Shown: one piece after another, positions 10,520-21,271 of the stretch
Position numbering within the stretch: position 1 is the first letter of the stretch
How the letters are laid out: every line of letters starts with the position of its first letter
Origin: a virus
Taxonomy: Duplodnaviria > Caudoviricetes
Reading direction: 5' to 3' (one strand)
IMG/VR virus record: IMGVR_UViG_3300029705_000021
DNA length: 64,000 bases
Notes under the pieces: model-generated
Database searches by the model: none
Told to the model about the DNA's origin: nothing
Seen by the model: only the letters and a program-made list of their open reading frames with translations
Position numbers and translations under genes: made by a program

Positions 10520-11668
10520 ATGGGATTAATAAGTACAGAAGTTGAAATCGGTATTAACGGAAGAAATATTTCATATTGGGAAGAAAAGGGTTATGTTATA
10601 CCACGAGTAAAGAAAAAATATAGTTGTGTTGTTCCACATGGGACAAAAATTAAAGTTAAAGTTTCAGATTTACCAAATAACAGTTTTGTAGAAGTGTTAG
10701 TAAAATGTGATTGTTGTAAAAGAGAATATAAAAGAAGGTATGGTGTATACTATAATGCTCAAACAAGAACAGATAATCTTTGGTACTGTATACATTGCGA
10801 AAAGAGAGTTTATTATTCTGGAGAAAACAGTGTTTTGTGGAAAAAAGAGAAGTCAGAAGAAGAACGTATTAAGGATAGAACGTATGAAGAATATTGCAAC
10901 TTTGTAAAAAAAGTACTAAAAAGAGATAATTACACTTGTCAGTGTTGTAGTGAGATTGTCGGTGGAAATTTAGAAGTACATCATTTAGATGGATATAATT
11001 GGTGTGTAGAAAAAAGAACTGATGAAACTAATGGTATTACTCTTTGTAAACAATGTCATAAAAACTTTCATGATATATATGGCAGAGGGGATAATACTAA
11101 AGCACAATATGAACAATGGATTGGGTATATAATCGAGGATTTTAAAGAAACTAGTGATATATTGTTACCTTGCTCTGACAGAAAAATATATTGTTTCGAA
11201 GAAAATAAAGTTTATTTAAATCCAAAAGAAATAGCAAAAGAATGGAATGTAAATGTTTCTTGTGTTTATGACGCTTGCAAGCAGAGAAAAAATATGAAAA
11301 GTTTAAAAGGGAAACATTTAATATGGAATAGTATCTATGAGGGCAATACATATGAAGAAAATATGTTATATTTGAAAAATTTAATAGATAGTCCAAAAAA
11401 TAATAGGGTGTCTCTAATATGCTTAAATACATTGGAAATATTTATAAGTGGCGTTGACGCTGCAAGAGCAATAGGTGATAATAAATATGGCAATTATATA
11501 ATCCAACATTGTAAAAATGGGTTAGGTTGTGCGTATAAACATCCTGAGACTAAAGAAAAATTATATTGGTTATGTTACGAAGAATACCAGTCATATAGTA
11601 ATGAAAGAAAACAGCAATTAAAGGATCAGTATTATACTGGTTCTTTTTTAATGCAACAAACTGAATAA
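10520..11668 (+). CDS. HNH homing-endonuclease-like protein with a Zn ribbon and NUMOD1-like repeats
   Basis: RDNYTCQCC...LEVHHL...NGITLCKQCHKNFH HNH core; C-terminal IYCFEENKVY and LICLNTLEIF motifs. Confidence 0.85.
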   Translation: MGLISTEVEIGINGRNISYWEEKGYVIPRVKKKYSCVVPHGTKIKVKVSDLPNNSFVEVLVKCDCCKREYKRRYGVYYNAQTRTDNLWYCIHCEKRVYYSGENSVLWKKEKSEEERIKDRTYEEYCNFVKKVLKRDNYTCQCCSEIVGGNLEVHHLDGYNWCVEKRTDETNGITLCKQCHKNFHDIYGRGDNTKAQYEQWIGYIIEDFKETSDILLPCSDRKIYCFEENKVYLNPKEIAKEWNVNVSCVYDACKQRKNMKSLKGKHLIWNSIYEGNTYEENMLYLKNLIDSPKNNRVSLICLNTLEIFISGVDAARAIGDNKYGNYIIQHCKNGLGCAYKHPETKEKLYWLCYEEYQSYSNERKQQLKDQYYTGSFLMQQTE

Positions 11669-11850
11669 TTAATATTAGATATTACAAACACAATATGTGT
11701 GTAATGTGGTTTAAAACCTTGTTTGTATATTGTGTTTGTAATTGACTGTTATATATAATAATACGAGGGTATGTATTAAAAAATAATCATAAAAACCCCT
11801 AATTTTTGTGTTTATTTTTTAATACATAAGTGTAAGTCTTTAATGAAAGT

Positions 11851-14800
11851 TTGATATTTGATACGATTAAAGACTTAAAAGATAGTTTTAAACAAGAACC
11901 TATTAAGTTTAATATGGATGAATCTTCTGCTAAATCTATCATAGATCAATATAATGATATGAAATTAAGTGCAGACGCATTTATTGAAAGAACTGGTTTG
12001 TCAGATGAAGCTATGAAATCATATTTGTATACAGTAGAAAGTGGAAAAGCTACTTTTACAGGATGTTCTCAGCATATTAATACAACAAGTAATTCAATTG
12101 GTTTAATGGGTATTAAAGCAAAAGCCACTACTTTATTAATTACTGGATTAAAAGCTGCCGCAGGAATGTTAGTTGCTACCCTCTTGGCAATGGCTATTGG
12201 TAAAATAATTGAAGGTTTTGATTATTTAATTCATAGAAGTGAGAAAATTGCAGAAGCTGCGGAAACAGCTAGACAAAAAATAGATGAATTAAATAATACT
12301 TTTAAAGAGAATAAGCAAACAATAGATGGTGTTAAGAAGCGATATGCCGAGTTAGCGCAGGGTGTGGATCAATTATCTGGAAAAAATATAATTTTATCAA
12401 CAGATGATTATGAAGAATTTTTAGGTTTAAGTAATCAATTAGCAAATTTATTTCCTGATCTTACAAGAAATTATGATTCTAATGGCAATGCTATTCTCAA
12501 TTTATCAGGCAATGTTAGTACAATAGTTGGCTCTCTTGATTCGTTAATAGAACGAGAACAACAATTAATAAATTTACAGATTGCGAAAGAAATGCCTGAT
12601 ATATATTCAGGATACAAACAAAACTTAGAAGATTATAATCAAGAACTTGATTTGTTACTTAGAAAGAATAAAGCTGTAAAAAAACTAGTTGCAACTAATT
12701 ATTCTGTAAATGAATCTCCAATAGATGGTAATCAAATATTAAGTTGGAAGTTTGACAATATAAGAGAATCATCATTCATGCATATCCAAAATGAACTTTT
12801 TAATGCTTTACAAGCAGCAAATATAGATTTGACAAAATTTATTATTGATTCAGGTAAAGATTTAGAGACTGGAGAACAAATAATTAATTTATCTATACCA
12901 GAAGTTGAATTTGATGATTATGGTAATATTCAAACTATACTAGGAGAATATTTTGCTAATATTAATAATGATATTCAGTTTGCAAGAATGCAATTAGAAG
13001 GTGAAACATCTAAGTTTAATTCATATTTGAGTACATGGTTATCAACAGAGTTGCAATTTCAAAAACAAGATACAGAAGTTCAAACAGCATTAAAAGAAAT
13101 GTTATTTAATGGTAATTGGATTTCAGAAGCGTTACAAGACCCAAATGTAGATGGAAGTTGGGATTCTTTAGCTAATTGGATTGAAAGAAATTATCTTTAT
13201 GCTATTGATAAAATTAATGATAATAAAATCAAGAAAAAGATAATAAGCTTAGGACAAATAGATAATTCTATAGAAAAAATTAATATAGCACAAGAGCTTC
13301 AGGATTATTTTGATAAAAATAAAATACCAATATCACTTGATTTTATTTTAGATGAAAATATGTATAATAGTACTCAAAGTATATTAAATGCTTTTAATCA
13401 ATCATTAAACAATATATCTGGTGATTCTACAGAGGATTCTTCTTTATTATATGAATATACAAAAGGTTTCAATGAATCTCAAATGAACAATTGGTTAATG
13501 GTTACTGCTGGAATTAATAATGCCAAAGACGCAATTGATGCTTATCAAAAATCTTTTGAAGTTACTAATGGAAAGATTGATTTCTTTACAGATAACAATA
13601 TTGAAGCAATTGATGAATATAAAAATAAGATTTCTGATTTATCTGGATATTTGCAGACTATTAGTTCTGAAGGTAAATTATCTGCAGATGATATATCTAA
13701 ATTAAATGTAGAATACCAAATTGTAGCAAATTCTACAGAAGAATATAGAAAAGCTATAATTGAGGAAATGGATATTGCGTCACAAAATAGTGATGTTATA
13801 GGAACATTAAAAGATGCAATTGAAAATTGTGATGACGCAATAATGAAATCTCTTTTAATGACATTGTATGAAGCTTTATTAAATGTTAATACAGAGGCTC
13901 AAGAAACAACAACATCATTTTATGATTTGGAAGCATCTGTTAGTACGCTTGAATCTTCTGCTTCTCTTCTTAGAGAATTAGATGAGTTAATGAAAGAACA
14001 AGGGTACATTGATACAAGTAAGGCAAATGAAATATTGTCTACATTTCCTGAAATGGCAGAAGCAGTTGCTAAATATAATGCTGGACTAATTAAATCTGAT
14101 GAATTGTTTGAAAAGCTTAAAGAAGCTTATGAAGAGGATAAGGATATTTATGCTAAAGCAATCGCCTACAAAATGAGACATGATGAAGATTATTTTGATA
14201 AGTTTGTAAATGAAAATATTCCTGATTGGGTAAAAGATTTAGCGGATGCTTATAAAATAGATTTAATCAATTACAAAACTTTGAATGAGCAAAAATTAGC
14301 TTTAGATAAAGAATATACAAGAAGAAAGAATATACTTGATAATCATATTTCTGTAATGGATGCAACTAAAAAGATTGAAGAATCAAGTGATACAATTATA
14401 GGGAAACATCTTGCTCAAAATATAGGAGCAGCATTAGATGAGAGTTATCAAGATGCAAAAGAAAATTTTGATGCAATTAATACAGTTATTTCTGCAGTTG
14501 AAGATTCTTTTGATATTGATGCTTCTTGGAGAGAATTTGGAGCTAATGAATCTGGTGATTCTAGTAAAGATAATACAACAGAAATAGATTGGGCTGACCA
14601 GTCACTTAAAGTTCTTCAAGATGAAGTAGATAAATTTCAGAATATTTTAGATAATACCAAAGGGTTACAAAATCAAATAGATGCTATTGATGAATTAAAT
14701 GGTGCTTTAGAGGAATTAAAAGATGGATATCAGTCTGCTTATAATGAGTATGAACAAAGATATGAAAATACTGTAAGTGGTTTAGGTAGCAATATTCGTA

Positions 14801-17298
14801 CCAAAATAGAGTCTGGTGAAGAATTTGATTTATCAACATATGATTCTGACACTGCTGAAAAAATTCAAAATGCAATAGATTATTTCAACAAAATAACTGA
14901 AACAGAAACCAAAATTAAAGAGATTTCTGATAATATAAATACAAATGAAAATTTGGAAAAATCTAAATTATCACAACAAATATATGAATCTCAATTAACA
15001 ACAATTAATACTAAACTTGAAGATCAAACTTTGTCTGTCGATGAAAAAAACAAACTATTAAACGAACAACTTAAACTTCAAAATGCTATTAACGAAGAGT
15101 TACGTAAACAAGCAATATATGAAGAGGATTTTGAAACAGTATCTAAATTAGATGTAGAAGATAAAAATAATAAAATTCAAAATCGTCTTGATAAATTGCA
15201 GAACCAGAAAGAGCAGAATCAAGTTTATATTGATTTGTATGAAACAATGCTTGAAAATGGTGATTTAGGAGAAGAAGATATAAATCAATTAAATCAAAAT
15301 CTTCAGAAAAAAACAAATAAAGATTTTAAATACCAGTTCAAAGAAATTGTTGCTACAATTGATTCTCAACTTTGGAATGATTATATTAATTCTTTAAAAG
15401 AAACATATAATGAAACAGATTTAAATGACACTGAATTTATTAAAAAACATATTGAAGAAATAGTTAGTTATTTTGATTATACTGGCATGGCAAAATTGTA
15501 CCAAGAGCATTTGAATTCAGAAGATAATTTTGCGCAGACTGATTATGAAACAAGAAAAAATACTCGCAGTTATTATATTAATGATGCACAAAATGATATT
15601 CAAACTATTCAAAATGATATAGAATTACAAGGTGGACGTGGCACTGAGATTCAATTTGAAAATCTTGAAAATTTGTATAAGACTTCTAAGAAATATTGGC
15701 TCGAACAAAAACAAGATGCCGAGGCTATGTTGAAAACTTGTAATGAAGGAACTGCAGATTGGGATAAATGGAATAATGAAATTCAAGAATGTGAAAACAA
15801 TATTGCTAAATGTGATAATGAAATTAAACAAACTCATATTTCTATATTACAACTTCCTTTAAATGACGTTGAAGATGCATTAAAAGATATTCAAAAGAAA
15901 CTTGATGAAATAAATAATTCTTTGGAAGACCAAGATGATTATATTGCTGTTGCTGTAGGTGTAGTAGACCAAGAAATTAAAAATCAAGAAATTTTGAAAG
16001 AAGCAATACAAGATAAAATAGATGCATTACAAGAAGAAAACGAACTTAAAGAAACTAATTTGGCAATACAGAAAGCTGAATGGGAATTAGAAAAAGCTAA
16101 GAACCAAAAAAGCTCTAAGATCTTCTACGAGGGTCAAGGGTGGGTATATGAAGCAAATCCAGATGAAATTCAAAATGCACAACAAACTTATGACGAAGCT
16201 ATCTATAATAAAAAATTATATTTATTAAACGAACAAATCAAAGTGTATGACAATGAAATTGAACGTTTAAATAATATAAAAGAAATGTGGAGTACAATTA
16301 CATCACAAATTCAATTTACTATAGATTTGAATGAAGCATTAAGATATGATAGTGAATTTTATACTAAGGTTCTCACAGAAGATTTAAGTTTGATGAATTC
16401 TATTTCTTCTGCTTATTCTTCTCTTGTTGAACAAAAATCGGCTTATGAAACCCAACAAGAAGACTACACAACATTACAAGATATTATTAATGAAACTGTT
16501 GAACTTTATAATTTAGAAGGTATTGGTTTCATTGATGCAAAAAGACGTATATCTGAAGCAATAAAGTTTTATTATCCTGGAATAGTTGCTCAATACAATG
16601 ATGAAGAAGAAACTTTAGATAGAGTTGCTGAGAAGAAATTAAAAGATGCTGGTGTGACAGAAGAAACTTCTGAAGATATGCTTGAAGATGTTACGAATGC
16701 TAATACATTGATTATTCAAAGTTATTATGCGTTACTAACTGATTTAACAGCAATATTTGATATACTTAATTTGTATATGAGTAATTTTGCTCAGAATGCA
16801 CAAGCAATGGCAAATACTGTTAGTAAATCAATTAATGGTATCCAAAATAAAATTGAATCATTATCCGAAAAAGATTTTAGTGTAACAATATCATCTGGAA
16901 AAGTTGAAGATGAAGTAAAAGTTAAAAAGGCAGGGAAGTCTCATAGTGGATTGGAGCTTGGATATATTGGCGAAGGAAATGCTTCTAAAGACAAGAAAGC
17001 ATTCCAATATATAGCTTTAAATGAATTAGATAATAACGAAATTGTACGTGTACTTCAAAAAGGAGAAGGTGTCGTGAATTCTATCCAGTTGCAAAACGTT
17101 ATGTCTAATTTTAAAAAGCTCGCAGAATTTAAAGCTCCTGTTATACCATTTAATGGGCAAGCAGTAAATCAATCTGTAAACTTTAATGGAGATATAATTG
17201 TTCAAGGTAATAACGGAGACGTTAATAGTTTTGCAAAATCTCTTAAACAAAATCTTCCGAATGCAATGTTACAACAATTGTATAATCGTGACAAATAA
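11851..17298 (+). CDS. Tape measure protein, apparently only the C-terminal part
   Basis: 1815-aa helical coiled-coil with a hydrophobic stretch near the start and a typical C-terminus (xHSG...LQKGEGV...NFNGDIIV), followed by tail genes. The TTG start lacks an SD. Confidence 0.75.
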   Translation: MIFDTIKDLKDSFKQEPIKFNMDESSAKSIIDQYNDMKLSADAFIERTGLSDEAMKSYLYTVESGKATFTGCSQHINTTSNSIGLMGIKAKATTLLITGLKAAAGMLVATLLAMAIGKIIEGFDYLIHRSEKIAEAAETARQKIDELNNTFKENKQTIDGVKKRYAELAQGVDQLSGKNIILSTDDYEEFLGLSNQLANLFPDLTRNYDSNGNAILNLSGNVSTIVGSLDSLIEREQQLINLQIAKEMPDIYSGYKQNLEDYNQELDLLLRKNKAVKKLVATNYSVNESPIDGNQILSWKFDNIRESSFMHIQNELFNALQAANIDLTKFIIDSGKDLETGEQIINLSIPEVEFDDYGNIQTILGEYFANINNDIQFARMQLEGETSKFNSYLSTWLSTELQFQKQDTEVQTALKEMLFNGNWISEALQDPNVDGSWDSLANWIERNYLYAIDKINDNKIKKKIISLGQIDNSIEKINIAQELQDYFDKNKIPISLDFILDENMYNSTQSILNAFNQSLNNISGDSTEDSSLLYEYTKGFNESQMNNWLMVTAGINNAKDAIDAYQKSFEVTNGKIDFFTDNNIEAIDEYKNKISDLSGYLQTISSEGKLSADDISKLNVEYQIVANSTEEYRKAIIEEMDIASQNSDVIGTLKDAIENCDDAIMKSLLMTLYEALLNVNTEAQETTTSFYDLEASVSTLESSASLLRELDELMKEQGYIDTSKANEILSTFPEMAEAVAKYNAGLIKSDELFEKLKEAYEEDKDIYAKAIAYKMRHDEDYFDKFVNENIPDWVKDLADAYKIDLINYKTLNEQKLALDKEYTRRKNILDNHISVMDATKKIEESSDTIIGKHLAQNIGAALDESYQDAKENFDAINTVISAVEDSFDIDASWREFGANESGDSSKDNTTEIDWADQSLKVLQDEVDKFQNILDNTKGLQNQIDAIDELNGALEELKDGYQSAYNEYEQRYENTVSGLGSNIRTKIESGEEFDLSTYDSDTAEKIQNAIDYFNKITETETKIKEISDNINTNENLEKSKLSQQIYESQLTTINTKLEDQTLSVDEKNKLLNEQLKLQNAINEELRKQAIYEEDFETVSKLDVEDKNNKIQNRLDKLQNQKEQNQVYIDLYETMLENGDLGEEDINQLNQNLQKKTNKDFKYQFKEIVATIDSQLWNDYINSLKETYNETDLNDTEFIKKHIEEIVSYFDYTGMAKLYQEHLNSEDNFAQTDYETRKNTRSYYINDAQNDIQTIQNDIELQGGRGTEIQFENLENLYKTSKKYWLEQKQDAEAMLKTCNEGTADWDKWNNEIQECENNIAKCDNEIKQTHISILQLPLNDVEDALKDIQKKLDEINNSLEDQDDYIAVAVGVVDQEIKNQEILKEAIQDKIDALQEENELKETNLAIQKAEWELEKAKNQKSSKIFYEGQGWVYEANPDEIQNAQQTYDEAIYNKKLYLLNEQIKVYDNEIERLNNIKEMWSTITSQIQFTIDLNEALRYDSEFYTKVLTEDLSLMNSISSAYSSLVEQKSAYETQQEDYTTLQDIINETVELYNLEGIGFIDAKRRISEAIKFYYPGIVAQYNDEEETLDRVAEKKLKDAGVTEETSEDMLEDVTNANTLIIQSYYALLTDLTAIFDILNLYMSNFAQNAQAMANTVSKSINGIQNKIESLSEKDFSVTISSGKVEDEVKVKKAGKSHSGLELGYIGEGNASKDKKAFQYIALNELDNNEIVRVLQKGEGVVNSIQLQNVMSNFKKLAEFKAPVIPFNGQAVNQSVNFNGDIIVQGNNGDVNSFAKSLKQNLPNAMLQQLYNRDK

Positions 17299-17374
17299 CA
17301 AATAGCAAAAATAAAGAATAATAGGGGGTGTCTAAATGGCACTCTCTATTGTTATATAAAAACGAGGTGATATA

Positions 17375-17641
17375 TTGAAAATTGAAAATGAAGCAATAGA
17401 TATAATGGTTAAAGAATTTTACAAACTAGTAAAAACAATGATCGACAGATCGTCATTCGATAAAACAAAAAAAGGTAGAATTGTTAATCATATAGAAGGA
17501 AAATATTACAAAATACAAATTGGAAATGAAATATACACAGCACTTTCTCCTACTTTTACTTACAATGAAAATGACATTGTATATGTAAAAATAGTAGAAA
17601 ATAATTATAACAACTTAATAATAGAATGTCCCGTGAAGTAG
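17375..17641 (+). CDS. Small tail-module protein
   Basis: GAGGTG RBS; lies directly after the tape measure gene. Confidence 0.55.
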   Translation: MKIENEAIDIMVKEFYKLVKTMIDRSSFDKTKKGRIVNHIEGKYYKIQIGNEIYTALSPTFTYNENDIVYVKIVENNYNNLIIECPVK

Positions 17642-17655
17642 AAAGGAGGAAAAAT

Positions 17656-18708
17656 ATGAAGCCTGTACTTTATTTAATAGATACTTTTGATGCAACACAA
17701 GAAAAGCAAATCAAATTTAAATGGGTGGGCAGTCAAAGTTTTGGTAATGTATGTGAAATTAGAGAAAACTATAATGATACGATAGTTTATCAGGCAACAC
17801 AATCTACTATGCAGTTAACACATACTATTCCTGCAGGAATTTTAACCAATGGAATACTTTATAATGTAAGAATTGCTTCAATAGATGTAGATGGTAATAT
17901 ATCTGATTATTCTAATCCAGCACTCTTCTATTGTTTTTCAACACCCACTTTTAACTTTACCAATGTAACAGAAAACCAAGTAATTAAAAATTCATCATAT
18001 CAAACATACTTAGAATATTTTCAACCTGAAGGAGAAATGTTAAATACATTTGAAGTTATATTATATGATTTAAGTAAATCTATAATTAATTCAAGTGATT
18101 TAATTTATTATGGTGTAAATGAATTGTCTTATATGTTAAATGATTTAGAAGACAATCAATCTTACTATATCCGTGCTATTGGTATAACAACTACTGGTAT
18201 GAAAATTGAAACAGATTATATATATTTTTCAGTTAATTATGAGCAACCGTCTATTTATTCAATTTTATCATTAGAAAATATAAGTAAAGAAGGATATGTA
18301 AAATTACAATCAAATATAAAGATTGTAGAATGTCATACTGAAAAAGACCCAATATATATAGATGATGAATATATTGATTTAAGAGATGATATTTTAACCA
18401 TTGATGATGGTTTTAGTCTTGATAATAATTTTGTAATTAATTTTTCTGGTTATAATTTTTCAGAAGGATTACTTATGCAATTATTTGACGGAGTTAATAC
18501 GATTAATTTATATTATAGAACAGGAACATATGACATTAATAATAATGTTAAAAAAGCATTTATTGAATTACTTACACCAGTTAGTTTTACATATTATTGT
18601 TGTTTTAGTAATTATATAGATATCCCTGATGATACAGATGAATTATCTGTTTGGATTAAAAAAGAAAATGGATTATTTAGCATTAGTTTATCAAAGGTGG
18701 GTGATTAA
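17656..18708 (+). CDS. Tail/baseplate protein with Fn3-like beta domains
   Basis: Start re-assigned to the ATG after GAAAGGAGG. LTNGILYNVRI and LEDNQSYYIRA are Fn3-like strands. Confidence 0.55.
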   Translation: MKPVLYLIDTFDATQEKQIKFKWVGSQSFGNVCEIRENYNDTIVYQATQSTMQLTHTIPAGILTNGILYNVRIASIDVDGNISDYSNPALFYCFSTPTFNFTNVTENQVIKNSSYQTYLEYFQPEGEMLNTFEVILYDLSKSIINSSDLIYYGVNELSYMLNDLEDNQSYYIRAIGITTTGMKIETDYIYFSVNYEQPSIYSILSLENISKEGYVKLQSNIKIVECHTEKDPIYIDDEYIDLRDDILTIDDGFSLDNNFVINFSGYNFSEGLLMQLFDGVNTINLYYRTGTYDINNNVKKAFIELLTPVSFTYYCCFSNYIDIPDDTDELSVWIKKENGLFSISLSKVGD

Positions 18709-18709
18709 A

Positions 18710-19603
18710 ATGTTTTTAGGAAGCTTTTGTGGAGACGAAACATCTTTAACCCCTACTTGTACTAATATACAAAGTGTCACTAAACTTACACTTACTAATG
18801 GGATATACGATGAGTTATATGGCAGTATAAACACAGATTTATATATAACAAGATCTTTAGGATGGGATTTTGATACACAATTTTATGCAAAATTTCAAAA
18901 TAATCTTTATGCAGGAAATGTTGAATATGCATCCGACATTGTTTCTTCAATGAGAATTAAACGGAGAAAAAATGGTGATTATAAATGGTTGGTTTTAAAA
19001 GATATACCAATATATACAAATGACGACTTTGCATTCGAATATATAGATAGATATGCACAAGGAGATACGAAATATGAATATGCTCTTGTTCCTGTAATGA
19101 GTGGTATAGAAGGTAATATTAATAAAAATTCTATAGTTTCAGAATTTAGAGATTATTTTATATTAGATAAAGATATTATTTATCCAATTATAGCAAATAC
19201 GAAGTTATCTATACAGTTAAATAAAAGCGCAAGTATAGTGGAAACATTAGGAAGAAAATATCCTTTTGTAATATCTAATGGAAACGCTCAATATACAACA
19301 GGAAGTTTACAATTTGCATTGCTTTCTATAGATTGTAACACTTCGTCAAGCACATCATTAAATAATTATTTGATACAATTTAATGAGTGGATCATGAATG
19401 GAAAACCTAAGATATTAAAAGATTGGACAGGGCAAATTTATATGATAAATATAACCAATAGTGTTCCAATTGATTGTTCAGTTTATCAATTACCTAGTTA
19501 TGAAATACAATTTACTGAAATTGGTAGTGTATTTGATCAAGACAGTATGTATGATAATAATTTTACAGATATTAATTTTTCATTAGCTTCTGTATATACA
19601 TAA
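18710..19603 (+). CDS. Tail/baseplate (distal-tail-like) protein
   Basis: Probable start MFLGS after AAGGTGG. KPKILKDWTG motif; tail module context. Confidence 0.55.
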   Translation: MFLGSFCGDETSLTPTCTNIQSVTKLTLTNGIYDELYGSINTDLYITRSLGWDFDTQFYAKFQNNLYAGNVEYASDIVSSMRIKRRKNGDYKWLVLKDIPIYTNDDFAFEYIDRYAQGDTKYEYALVPVMSGIEGNINKNSIVSEFRDYFILDKDIIYPIIANTKLSIQLNKSASIVETLGRKYPFVISNGNAQYTTGSLQFALLSIDCNTSSSTSLNNYLIQFNEWIMNGKPKILKDWTGQIYMINITNSVPIDCSVYQLPSYEIQFTEIGSVFDQDSMYDNNFTDINFSLASVYT

Positions 19604-19609
19604 AGGTAG

Positions 19610-21136
19610 GTGGTATTTATGAATGATTACATAGTAACACAACAAGACATTGAGCTTTTAACGCAGTCTAATAAAACTTTATATTATAAATTGGAACTGC
19701 TCAATGAAAACTTTCAAGTAGTTGATTTTTTAGAAGGAAATTTAATATCTGATAATATTTCAATATCAGCAGATTCTGATGTAAGAAGAACTTACACTTG
19801 TGAACTTGTAGTAACAGATAGTAGTTTTATATTGGATAGAGAATCTAAAATTTGGTTTAATAAAAAAGTCAGACCATACATAGGGGTTTTACACCATAGA
19901 ACCAATCAGATACTTTGGTATTTGCTTGGTACTTTTTTGTATACAGATTTAAATTATTCATATGACGCTGTGTCTAAAACATTATCGTTAACTTGTTTGG
20001 ATATGATGTGTTTATTAAATGATTCTAGAAGTGGTCAAATTCCAGATTATAAAAGAACGATTTTAAAAGGAACAAGTGCTCGTGCAGTAATTATAAGTTT
20101 ACTTGAAGGACTAGGGATTACCAGATATTTTATAGAATTTAATATAAACAATAATGTTTTATCTACATTTTCAATCCCATATGACATGGTTTATAATGCA
20201 GGTTCAAACGTTTATACAATGATAAAAGACATTGTGTCCTTATATCCTGGTACACAAATGTATTTTTCGCTTGATGGCACATTTATAATCAATGCAATTC
20301 CAACTAAAGAAAATGAAATAAACATATTGACAGATGATATTATTCAGCCAATCTTAATTAATGAACAGCTTACTACATTTTTGTCAAATGTATATAATCA
20401 CGTTAAGATATATGGGAAAATAAATGAGCCAGATTATTATACAAAAGATGTTAATGTTTCTGACAATGTTTATAATGCAAGTTTGGTTGTAACTAAGTTA
20501 GATGAAGATACTAACGAAACCATAGAAGTAGAATATGCAGAATATGAAAATTTTGATATTTTTGCATTAAAAATACCTGAAACCAATAAAGTAAATCAGA
20601 GACTTAGTATAAATAATCTTGAAAGTAAACTTATTGTTAATAGTGATGATAGCGTTTTAGAAATTGGCTATTTAGAAGCAAATGTTGATTATGTTTTTAG
20701 ATATAGAGTTGAAAGTGATGACTTTTTATTTCTTGGTCAGTATCAGGTTTATGGTGAAGCATATTTAACTAATAATACAAATGACACAAATGAATATGCC
20801 GTTATTAGTCAAGATAATGATTTCTCAGTTGAAAAAATTGGTAATATATTAAAGGTATTTACTGGTGGAGATTATGATTTGATTTATACAAATCGTCTGG
20901 CAGAAATGAGAGCAAGATATGAACTATATAATTGTACTAATAAACAGAATTCTTTATCTATTACTACTATGTTTATCCCGTGGTTAGACGTTAATATGAA
21001 AGTGCAATTTACATCTAATTTAATTAAAGGGACACATGAGTATCTTATTACTAATATATCTTGCGATTATAGTTCAGGACAAATGTCAATAAATCTAAAT
21101 CGTTATTATCCAGAATATTTAATAGAAAGGAATTGA
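19610..21136 (+). CDS. Baseplate hub / Tal-like tail protein
   Basis: SDVRRTYT...LGTF...CLDMM and IPWLDVN motifs; tail module context. Confidence 0.55.
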   Translation: MVFMNDYIVTQQDIELLTQSNKTLYYKLELLNENFQVVDFLEGNLISDNISISADSDVRRTYTCELVVTDSSFILDRESKIWFNKKVRPYIGVLHHRTNQILWYLLGTFLYTDLNYSYDAVSKTLSLTCLDMMCLLNDSRSGQIPDYKRTILKGTSARAVIISLLEGLGITRYFIEFNINNNVLSTFSIPYDMVYNAGSNVYTMIKDIVSLYPGTQMYFSLDGTFIINAIPTKENEINILTDDIIQPILINEQLTTFLSNVYNHVKIYGKINEPDYYTKDVNVSDNVYNASLVVTKLDEDTNETIEVEYAEYENFDIFALKIPETNKVNQRLSINNLESKLIVNSDDSVLEIGYLEANVDYVFRYRVESDDFLFLGQYQVYGEAYLTNNTNDTNEYAVISQDNDFSVEKIGNILKVFTGGDYDLIYTNRLAEMRARYELYNCTNKQNSLSITTMFIPWLDVNMKVQFTSNLIKGTHEYLITNISCDYSSGQMSINLNRYYPEYLIERN

Positions 21137-21161
21137 CAATTATTTACATTTGTGTTATACT
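21133..21161 (+). promoter_or_regulatory. SigmaA-type promoter for the inserted endonuclease gene
   Basis: TTGACA-17 nt-TATACT with extended TG. Confidence 0.7.
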
Positions 21162-21271
21162 AACTAAAAATACATAGAAATGGTATGATTATGTTTGATT
21201 AATAATTATATTGTTACCAATGTATTTTTTTTTAATTATTAGACTAATTAATTTTACATAAGGAGATTTAT

